The notes under the pieces are model-generated. The model did not search any database. It was not told the DNA's origin and was given only the letters and a program-made list of their open reading frames with translations. DNA of 22,499 bases, taken from assembly GCA_964247135.1 (NCBI GenBank), contig CAXTTL010000057.1:1-22499 (forward strand), given 5' to 3'. Positions 15,333-22,499 of the stretch are shown here, piece after piece; position 1 is the first letter of the stretch, and every line of letters starts with the position of its first letter. A program made the translations under genes and the position numbers. The DNA is from an uncultured Deinococcales bacterium (lineage in GTDB: Bacteria > Deinococcota > Deinococci > Deinococcales > JAAFIG01).

Positions 15333-16516
15333 TTTTTGATTTTTAAGAATTTTAGAATGCCGTTCGCAATGCCTTTGGCAACTTTTTGCGAGTACCATGC
15401 CGTGCCAAGGTTGCGCCCCTCGGTTGGGTTCGTGCCAAAACCAATCTCGGTCAAAATCGCGGGAATTCGGGCAAAGCGAATCACCCACAACGAGTTGGGA
15501 TGCACACCCCTCGAGCGAGCGCCCGTTTGAGCCAGCAAGTTTGCTTGAACGTCTTTTGCCAAGATTCTCGAGAATTTCAGGTTTTCTTGCACCAACTGGT
15601 CGTTGATGAGGTCCCTGGCGGCATTGCGGGTTTGGCGGGTCAGCTCGCGTCCGATGCTGCCGCCACCGTTTTCGCGTTCGGCTTGCGCCAGGGTGCTCGA
15701 TTCGAGCGGTTCGCCAAACACATAGGTTTCGATGCCTTGGGCGCTTGACGCGCCAGCGTTGACATGAATCGAGACGAACAAATTGCGATCTGTGGACGCC
15801 ATGTTCGCCCGCCAGCTCAGGTCTTTGCGTTTCTCGAGGATGCTGGGGGTTTTTTGCAATGCGTAATCGCCGGTGCGGGTCATGACCACGTTGACGCCTG
15901 CCGCCTCGAGGATCGCTCGGACTTTAAGCCCAACGTTCAAAGTCACTTGTTTTTCCATGACATAACCCAACATCCCCGAATCGATGCCACCATGCCCAGG
16001 ATCAAGAACAACTGTGTACTTGCGGGTTGGCGGACGGGCGGTCGGTGGTTTGGCTTTGAGGACCTCATTGGCGCCGGTGATCGAATTGCTCGGTTTGGCT
16101 TCGAGTCCCAATTTGATGCCGACATCGACCACCACACGGTACGGGTTGTCTGCATCGGCATCGAGCGCAAAGACGCGATAACCCTTATTGACGCCAAGGT
16201 CAAACGTGGTCTTTAAAATCAGGTTTGCCGTACCCGCATCCGACTCGAGCTTCCAGGTCGCCACCTCACCCGTGTCGCCCGAGCCTGCGACTTCGGTGGC
16301 GGTGGCGGGTTTTAAGTGCAATATCAGGGTGCGTCCAGAAACGTTTAAAAGCCATTTGGGTTTGCTGGGGGCGTCCATCACAATTCGGGTGAAACCCTCG
16401 TCTGGGTGGGCGGCAAGGCGCGGTGTGCCGACGCCGTTGGCTTGGGCGAGCAAGGGTGAAGCGAGCAGCAAAGAAATGGCTGCAATGGTAAAAAATGGGA
16501 TCAAACCAAAACGCAT
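15329..16516 (-). CDS. N-acetylmuramoyl-L-alanine amidase (AMIN-like plus Amidase_3, AmiC-like)
   Basis: Signal peptide, AMIN-like FTRIVMD..YRVVVDV, and Zn-amidase motifs VVLDPGHGG, EKQVTL, VVMTR, FVSIHVNA, PAILTEIGF. Confidence 0.93.
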   Translation of the reverse strand: MRFGLIPFFTIAAISLLLASPLLAQANGVGTPRLAAHPDEGFTRIVMDAPSKPKWLLNVSGRTLILHLKPATATEVAGSGDTGEVATWKLESDAGTANLILKTTFDLGVNKGYRVFALDADADNPYRVVVDVGIKLGLEAKPSNSITGANEVLKAKPPTARPPTRKYTVVLDPGHGGIDSGMLGYVMEKQVTLNVGLKVRAILEAAGVNVVMTRTGDYALQKTPSILEKRKDLSWRANMASTDRNLFVSIHVNAGASSAQGIETYVFGEPLESSTLAQAERENGGGSIGRELTRQTRNAARDLINDQLVQENLKFSRILAKDVQANLLAQTGARSRGVHPNSLWVIRFARIPAILTEIGFGTNPTEGRNLGTAWYSQKVAKGIANGILKFLKIKK

Positions 16517-16585
16517 GACAACAGTATAGTGCGATTTGAAAATTCTACCAGTCCAGATGTTGTGGGTTCGTTCAGGAAAAGCAAG

Positions 16586-17617
16586 TCATTTTTCGACAAA
16601 GACAAGGTCATTGGTATCAACCCCAAACTTCACTTGATTGCCAGTAACGTTCAGCAAGCTCGAGAAACGCACGGTTTGCCCTTTGGTGAGGACCAGATCG
16701 TCTTCTGCAACGCCAATGTTTTGCGTGGAAATCATCCAGTCTTTGATCGAACCCAGGCTGGCATTTTTGGCTTTGGCATTGAAGTAACTGATGGCACGCC
16801 TGAAGAGTTTGGGCAGGATCAAAACGCCGCGCTCGTTCACCGAATCTCGAGAAATCAGTTTGAAATTGCTGCTGGCATCCCGCGCCCAGACACCCAATTT
16901 GGAGGCTCGAGCTTGCAGAGTTAAACCTCGTAAAAAACTGCGGTGCGCCTCTGGGGTGCTCGAGTAGACAGTCAGGTACGCCATGCCGTTCTCGAGTTGT
17001 CTGGCGTTTAAAGTTTGGCGCAACATGGTGTCCGTGACGTTGACTCGCGTTCCATCCTTGAAGCCTGTTGCATCTTTCTCGAGCAGCACATAACTGATTG
17101 GGCGTCCATTGACTTCGGCGGCATGGGATAAAATCGCACCGCGCACGGTTTGGACGCTGGCAGAAATCACAGTTGCACCATTGGGTTTAAACTGCGGATT
17201 TTTAAAACCCATCAGTTTCAGAAGCGCATCTCGAGATTCGCTGCCCAGCGGTTGGGCGGCTCCCAAATAATGCAGTTCAGGCGCGTCGATGGCTTCAAAC
17301 CGCAATTGCACCGAGTGGTCCTTGGAAAGCCGAATGCGGTAATGGTTCTCGAGTTTACCCAGTAAGCTTGGGTCATCGGCAATAAAGCGCACGCTGTCGC
17401 CGTCAGGTTGCTTACCGACAATCACGAACGACCCTCGAATCAAAAGAAAACCTGGCGAATTTGAGGCTTGACTCGGGCTTGGGTTGGGTTTGGTTTGATT
17501 TAAAATTGGCGAATTGTTGCTGGGGCTTGAAGCTCGAGGCGCAAGCAACATCCAAACCAAAAACCCGCCAAGCACCAGGGTCAGCAATGGGAACAACCAC
17601 GGGCTTTTGAGGGACAC
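16586..17617 (-). CDS. Secreted or membrane-anchored thermonuclease (SNase-like) family protein
   Basis: N-terminal hydrophobic helix, a Ser/Pro/Asn linker, then PDGDSVRF and LRFEAIDAPELH motifs and LNARQLENGMAY..ARASKLGVW. GTG start with TAAACT 6 nt upstream. Confidence 0.8.
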   Translation of the reverse strand: MSLKSPWLFPLLTLVLGGFLVWMLLAPRASSPSNNSPILNQTKPNPSPSQASNSPGFLLIRGSFVIVGKQPDGDSVRFIADDPSLLGKLENHYRIRLSKDHSVQLRFEAIDAPELHYLGAAQPLGSESRDALLKLMGFKNPQFKPNGATVISASVQTVRGAILSHAAEVNGRPISYVLLEKDATGFKDGTRVNVTDTMLRQTLNARQLENGMAYLTVYSSTPEAHRSFLRGLTLQARASKLGVWARDASSNFKLISRDSVNERGVLILPKLFRRAISYFNAKAKNASLGSIKDWMISTQNIGVAEDDLVLTKGQTVRFSSLLNVTGNQVKFGVDTNDLVFVEK

Positions 17618-17637
17618 CGTTCAAGTTTACTCGAGAT

Positions 17638-19239
17638 TTACGGCAAAACGGTGCGGATTTGATTCTTACCAGCACTTTTGCCCGACAAGAGCATCGTGTC
17701 GGCTTTGGCAATCACGGCTTCGATACTGGTTTCGCCCTCAACGAATGCCACACCGATGGTGGCACCCAATTGATGCTCGCCCGCGCTAGAAACAATGGGG
17801 GTGTCATGAATCGCCGCCCGCACCCGCTCGAGAAAACCATCGGCTTCCAGTGGGCTGATGCCTGGTAAGAGGATGGCGAATTCGTCGCCGCCCAACCGTC
17901 CGATCAAATCGCTGGCACGCAATGAATTGGTGATGCGTTGCGCGGCGATGGTCAGCACCTCGTCGCCCGCCTTATGCCCCCAAAAGTCGTTGACGCCCTT
18001 AAAACCGTCCAGGTCGAGCAGTGCCACCGTAACGGGTTGCTGATTGCGTCTCGAGCTTAAAATTTGCGCATTGGCACGTTTGATAAATTCGGCACGGTTC
18101 AGTAAGCCCGTCAAAGAATCGACGCTGGCTTGGCGCACCAAGATCGAGAGCGGTTTGGTGATCCTGAACGCCAGTGGAATCGCCAACAGCCAGGTCAGCA
18201 GACTGATGCCCACCACCTGCCAGATGTAGCGATTGGCTCGAGCGTTGATCTCGCCCGTAAAGTCGCTGACTGGGGCGTGCAGACCGATCAACCATTTTGT
18301 GCCGTACCCTATCGAGAATGGACTGAGCATTCCGTACTCGAGGGTACTGCCAGCTTTAAACTCGAAGAAGTTGCGATTGGAGTTCAGGGATGTCAGGTTC
18401 GAGCGTTTCAGCAGCGTCTGAACCGCCTCGTTGCCGATGCTTTCAATTTTTGGCAGGGCGGGCTGATCGGTTTTTTTGGATTCCTCGAGCAAAATTGGCG
18501 CCAATTTTGGGAATGACACCGCCATGCCATGTTCGTCCATGATGAACGCCTGACCGTGTTCGCTGATCGGGATGCGTTCAATAAACTCTGAAAGTTTGGT
18601 GATTTCGACATCGACCCCGACCACACCCAACAGCTTGCCAGCGGCGTTTAATATTGGGGCTGCCGAGGTGACACCAGGTTTTTTGGAGGTAAAAAACACG
18701 TAGGGTCCAGTCCAAATTTGTTGTTTGGCTTGAACTGCACCCTTATACCAGGGTCGCGTTCGAGGGTCGTAGGTGTCCATCAAATCGGTTTTTTGCACGA
18801 TCTGTTTTAAATTGCGATCTCGAGAGGTCAGGCGCACCACCCGACCGCCGACCACCCGAATGTCTTTGGTTAAAAAACCAGTCGCATCGCGCTTGACAAA
18901 CAAGAACTCGCCGTTGGGTTTAGCCAGATACATGCCGTTCAGTTGATCTTGACTTTGCAACTGCGCCAGAAAATAACGCTCGAGCTTGGCGTTGTCGTCC
19001 AATTCAAACACGCCCTGCTTGAGCATTCGGGAGGTCAATTGAGCGCTGCGTTCGGCGGGTTGCACAAACCGCAAGGAGTTCTCGGCGGCACTTTCGACCA
19101 GATGGTGCATGACCACCCGCGCGTGGTCGCGCAGCACGTCTTCGGTGTTGGCTCGAGATGATGCCAGCACCCCAATCAAAGTCAGGAGCTGAACAATCAA
19201 TAAAACGGCAATCAAAATGTAACGCAACCAGGGCAACAT
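17638..19239 (-). CDS. Membrane sensor diguanylate cyclase (Cache plus GGDEF)
   Basis: Two TM helices flank a dCache-like region (YDPRTRPWY, WTGPYVF, GVVGVDV). DSLTGLLNR, LDLDGFKGVND..GH..GD and GGDEF are present, with an intact RxxD I-site (RASD). Start moved to ATG 19239 after GAGGT. Confidence 0.92.
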   Translation of the reverse strand: MLPWLRYILIAVLLIVQLLTLIGVLASSRANTEDVLRDHARVVMHHLVESAAENSLRFVQPAERSAQLTSRMLKQGVFELDDNAKLERYFLAQLQSQDQLNGMYLAKPNGEFLFVKRDATGFLTKDIRVVGGRVVRLTSRDRNLKQIVQKTDLMDTYDPRTRPWYKGAVQAKQQIWTGPYVFFTSKKPGVTSAAPILNAAGKLLGVVGVDVEITKLSEFIERIPISEHGQAFIMDEHGMAVSFPKLAPILLEESKKTDQPALPKIESIGNEAVQTLLKRSNLTSLNSNRNFFEFKAGSTLEYGMLSPFSIGYGTKWLIGLHAPVSDFTGEINARANRYIWQVVGISLLTWLLAIPLAFRITKPLSILVRQASVDSLTGLLNRAEFIKRANAQILSSRRNQQPVTVALLDLDGFKGVNDFWGHKAGDEVLTIAAQRITNSLRASDLIGRLGGDEFAILLPGISPLEADGFLERVRAAIHDTPIVSSAGEHQLGATIGVAFVEGETSIEAVIAKADTMLLSGKSAGKNQIRTVLP

Positions 19240-19350
19240 GAAAACCTCAAAACAACCCAATATTTAGAACGCAAGCCAAAAACAAGTGTTCGTTAAACTG
19301 TAATTCAGCTTACGCAACATTGCACCAAAAATACAACCAGGCTCGAGGTT

Positions 19351-20850
19351 TTAAGCCAGGCTGTCACGAATAAAAGCGCTTAAATCGGTCTTCAGTTGTG
19401 CCAAACTTGGCGCGTGAACGTACATCATGTGACCCGCAGGGTAAAACGTCATGCGAATGTTCGGCGCCAGGCTGGCGTCCAAAGACAGGTGTTTGAAGGT
19501 GTAATCGGTGGCAAAGTACGGCGTTGCCAGATCAAAATAACCGTTTGCCACAATCACTTTTAAGTTTGGATTGCTGCTCATGGCTTTGCGCATGGTTTCA
19601 GAAACATTGACAAAGCGGTTCTCAAATTCTTTGTACGACCAGGGTCTGACCGCACTGGTCAGGATATTGTACGGCAAATCGGATTCAAAACCAAGCTCAG
19701 ACCGCACGTAATGGTTGAGCGCCGCAGAATATGGACCCGTGATCGCGGCATGGCTTGGATCAAACTCGAAATACTGACCCGCCGCATCGCGGTCAATGCC
19801 CTTAAAACGACTGTCGAGCCGTCCGACGGTGCGCCCAGAATCCCGCAGCAATTCTTTGCAAAACCGCATGATCTCGAGCCTTAAATCGCAACGGTCCAAA
19901 AAGCTTTCAGAGATGCCCGTGAATTTTGAGAGTTGCTTCAAAACTCCGGCTCGGTCTTTGGCGCTTAAGCTCGAGCCTTTAAAGAGCGCCGCCGCGTACT
20001 CGCCAGAGGCGAATTCTTCGGCAAGCTTGAGGGTTTTGGCAAGGTCTTTTTGCAAGGCTGGCTCGAGTTTTTGGTGATACCAAGCGGTTGCCGTGTAGGT
20101 TGGCAGGTATAAAACATAAGGCAGGTCATGTCCAGGCTCGAAAACCGCCGTCGAAAACTCCAGGATACTCGAGATCAGCATCAAACCGTTGAGGTACAAG
20201 CCGTGACGGTCTTGAAGATAACCGCTCAAACCTGCCGCTCGGGTCGTGCCGTAAGACTCGCCCGCCAAGAATTTGGGCGACAACCAACGCTGGTGACGGC
20301 TGGTGTAGAGCCTGATAAAATCCCCAACGGACTCGATATCGGCTTGAAAACCGTGAAAATCTTTGGCTTTCACCCCCTCGCTCGCCCTCGAGAAACCCGT
20401 GCTGACCGGATCGATAAACACCAGATCGGTCTGGTCTAAAATCGAGAATTCGTTGTCTTCAAGCCCATACGGCGGCGGCAGCAAGGCGTCAACATCGCCC
20501 ATGCGCACCTTGCGCGGACCGAGCGCCCCCAAATGCAACCAGACGCTCGAGCTGCCAGGACCACCGTTGAACGAGAACGTGATCGGACGTTTGGTGATGT
20601 CTTTGACAGCGTCTTTGGTGTACGCCGTAAAAAACACGCTGGCTCGAGCCGTCTCGGGTTTGGTGTCGCTTTCGCGGTCGGTGGTTTCAGACCGCAGCAC
20701 CATCGTTCCAGTCGTGACGGTGTACTTGATTTCCTGCCCCCCGATTCGCACCCGATGCTTGCTGGTGCTGATGTTATCTGTCATGGCTGCGGGTGTTAGC
20801 GGTGCAGGCGTGGCAGCTTTGGTTTCCTCTGGTTTGACATTTTCAGGCAT
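19351..20850 (-). CDS. S10 family serine carboxypeptidase
   Basis: FSFNGGPGSSS, DLVFIDPVSTGFS, nucleophile motif GESYG, GYFDLATP and AGHMMY. No obvious signal peptide. Confidence 0.93.
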   Translation of the reverse strand: MPENVKPEETKAATPAPLTPAAMTDNISTSKHRVRIGGQEIKYTVTTGTMVLRSETTDRESDTKPETARASVFFTAYTKDAVKDITKRPITFSFNGGPGSSSVWLHLGALGPRKVRMGDVDALLPPPYGLEDNEFSILDQTDLVFIDPVSTGFSRASEGVKAKDFHGFQADIESVGDFIRLYTSRHQRWLSPKFLAGESYGTTRAAGLSGYLQDRHGLYLNGLMLISSILEFSTAVFEPGHDLPYVLYLPTYTATAWYHQKLEPALQKDLAKTLKLAEEFASGEYAAALFKGSSLSAKDRAGVLKQLSKFTGISESFLDRCDLRLEIMRFCKELLRDSGRTVGRLDSRFKGIDRDAAGQYFEFDPSHAAITGPYSAALNHYVRSELGFESDLPYNILTSAVRPWSYKEFENRFVNVSETMRKAMSSNPNLKVIVANGYFDLATPYFATDYTFKHLSLDASLAPNIRMTFYPAGHMMYVHAPSLAQLKTDLSAFIRDSLA

Positions 20851-20956
20851 GAATAAGCTTAACCCCAGGAACCAAACTTATGCTTGTCTCGTAAAGAGCG
20901 TTAGAGTAGAACCATGCACCTCGAGCCAAACGCTCGAGCATCTCAAGGAGGCAGAC

Positions 20957-21289
20957 ATGAAGGCACTGAAATACTGGGGTTTGGCAATCGGAATGGCAAT
21001 CGTTTTTACGGCGTGCAGCGCAGAACAGCAAAACACGTTCAGACGTGACGTGCTGAATTTGGCGAACGCCAGACATTACATTGTCTTGTACGGCGTCAAC
21101 GGCAGCGAACTTTTCAGGGGCGAACTCAACGGCAAGGTCACTCGAGCCGAAAAAGGAGCCGATGGCAACGGCGGCGAGTATGTGTACTGGTTTGATACGG
21201 CGGGCAAATACTGGCAAACCAATTTGCCGTACTTGGTGACCACCGATGACAAGCGCACCGGTGTGCTGACCAGCCCAATCAAACGTTAA
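20957..21289 (+). CDS. Small hypothetical lipoprotein (110 aa)
   Basis: Strong RBS AAGGAGG, ATG 20957, signal peptide and lipobox MKALKYWGLAIGMAIVFTA-C. This is the 3' part of the 20363-21289 ORF. Confidence 0.8.
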   Translation: MKALKYWGLAIGMAIVFTACSAEQQNTFRRDVLNLANARHYIVLYGVNGSELFRGELNGKVTRAEKGADGNGGEYVYWFDTAGKYWQTNLPYLVTTDDKRTGVLTSPIKR

Positions 21290-21308
21290 ACTGACTCGAG
21301 CTTATCCC

Positions 21309-21367
21309 GTAGGGTGCGCCCTGCGCACCAAGAACACGCAAACCACGGTGCGCACGGCGCACCCTAC
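21309..21367. repeat. REPIN-like doublet of GTAG-type REP elements between convergent genes
   Basis: GTAGGGTGCGCCCTGCGCACC (21309-21329, one mismatch to the 351 copy), a 17-nt spacer, then GGTGCGCACGGCGCACCCTAC (21347-21367, identical to 389-409). Confidence 0.9.
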
Positions 21368-21392
21368 AACCCTCAAGCTTCCTAAAAAGCGC

Positions 21393-22499
21393 TTAGACTT
21401 GTTTTAGGCGCTTTTCTGCGGTTTCTCGCGCCAATGCCGCTTTGGTGACTTCACCCAGTCCCTCGAGCGCGGCGGCGTGTTTTAACCAGTTGTAAGGGCT
21501 GCGTGGTCGCACGCTGATGCGTTCGCTCAGGATTGACCTCGCCAGGTCGTAACGCCCGCCGCGCAGTGCAGCTTCGATCAGCGTTTTTAAGACCGCGTCG
21601 CGTTGCGCGTGCGACCCACCAAATTCGTGAATTCGTCGCCTGATTGGGAACAAATGCTCGATCACGGCGGCAAAATTCCTGCGTCCAAACTCGAGGATGG
21701 CTTTGCAGACAGGCAAACCGATTTCGCGGGTCATAGCGACGTTGTTGATGCGCGGATTTGGATTGCTTTTCAGCCATGCCTCACGGCTTTCAATTAAATT
21801 TTGCGCCTCGAGTTCAAAACCCGCACCGACGAATGCCATCGTTATGTGCATGTCGTTGAAGGCATAAAATGCGGGTTCGGTCTTGTGCAACCAACGGCTC
21901 GCCACCGCCTTGAAGCGTTCGAGTTCGCTGTGACCCTCGAGTTTTAAACGCCACAACAACGCAGTGGCATCGAGCAGTTCCAATGCCAAATCGCCACTGT
22001 CTGAAGTGAACAGCGCCGTGTCAAAAATCTGACGCACCCGCTCAATATTGCCCGCCTCGAGCGCGAACAGGGCGTAATGCCACCAGTTGTGAATCAAAAA
22101 ATAATTGCCGAGGGTCCAATCCTCAGCTCGAGCGTCGTAATAATTCATTCCATCTTCAAAACGCCCCGTCTCCTCGAAGGTGTGACCCACCGCATGAAGC
22201 GCCCAAACATCTTTGGCGTTGCGTTCCACCGCGTCCAAACCCAACTCGAGCGCCCGGTCATGCTGATGGCATTCCTCAAGTCCGAACGCCAGCATCCCGA
22301 GCACGTTCGAGTAATTCGCATCGTGTTCCGACCAGGCGGCAATCGCCTGCCCAGGACGGTCACGCAGCATCCTCGAGTTGCCCGTGAAAAAATCGATTTG
22401 ATGCCCCACCCCAAGCGCCAGCAAATCCCTCGGGTGCGAAATGGTAATTTCCTCGAGGATTCGTCCCGCACCCCAAAAATCACCCTCAAGCAACGCTTC
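21393..22499 (-). CDS. TTC38-like tetratricopeptide repeat protein (5' end outside the window)
   Basis: HPRDLLAL, GMLAFGLEEC, DVWALHAVGH, HNWWHYALF, LDATALLWRL, FNDMH and GGSHAQRD match the TTC38 family pattern. Confidence 0.85.
   Translation of the reverse strand, partial: EALLEGDFWGAGRILEEITISHPRDLLALGVGHQIDFFTGNSRMLRDRPGQAIAAWSEHDANYSNVLGMLAFGLEECHQHDRALELGLDAVERNAKDVWALHAVGHTFEETGRFEDGMNYYDARAEDWTLGNYFLIHNWWHYALFALEAGNIERVRQIFDTALFTSDSGDLALELLDATALLWRLKLEGHSELERFKAVASRWLHKTEPAFYAFNDMHITMAFVGAGFELEAQNLIESREAWLKSNPNPRINNVAMTREIGLPVCKAILEFGRRNFAAVIEHLFPIRRRIHEFGGSHAQRDAVLKTLIEAALRGGRYDLARSILSERISVRPRSPYNWLKHAAALEGLGEVTKAALARETAEKRLKQV

Larger units (their letters stand above)
146..22457. 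repeat. Dispersed highly iterated palindrome CTCGAG
   Basis: About 150 copies by manual count, from 146 to 22452, in coding and intergenic DNA. Confidence 0.95.

Noticed and set aside
20363-20956. 5' part of the 308-aa plus-strand ORF 20363-21289
   Set aside because: It is antisense to the S10 carboxypeptidase. The real gene begins at ATG 20957 with an RBS and lipobox.
146-22457. CTCGAG abundance as an XhoI cloning or concatenation artefact
   Set aside because: Conserved reading frames and motifs run intact through the sites in all three frames, so they are not ligation junctions.
1-22499. Possible secondary enrichment of TTAA or AATT tetramers
   Set aside because: Only a visual impression. 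It was not counted and could reflect AT-rich codon choices, so it needs a Markov-normalised k-mer analysis.

Overview
Bacterial chromosomal window, most likely Deinococcota (inferred from several leaderless genes with a TANNNT -10 box 5-8 nt before the start codon and a SARP/BTAD-STAND-TPR regulator). From left to right: urease ureB (partial) and ureA divergent from a complete urea ABC transporter urtABCDE; a low-GC AbrB/RelE-like toxin-antitoxin pair; a YcaQ/AlkZ-like DNA glycosylase; a three-gene module (BTAD-STAND-TPR regulator, IPT/S8 subtilase lipoprotein, DUF11 lipoprotein with an unrecognised duplicated C-terminal domain); recX; an AMIN-amidase; a thermonuclease; a Cache-GGDEF cyclase; an S10 carboxypeptidase; a small lipoprotein; and a partial TTC38-like TPR gene. 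GTAG-type REP/REPIN elements occur at three loci. Strongest unexplained signals: (1) the palindrome CTCGAG occurs about 150 times by manual count (about 1 per 150 bp, versus about 5.5 expected at uniform base frequency), in all codon frames and in intergenic DNA, and sits 2-8 nt after six TAA stop codons, resembling a HIP1-like highly iterated palindrome; (2) an 18/22-identical motif lies at the same distance from a -10 box upstream of both lipoprotein genes next to the BTAD regulator, defining a candidate mini-regulon.
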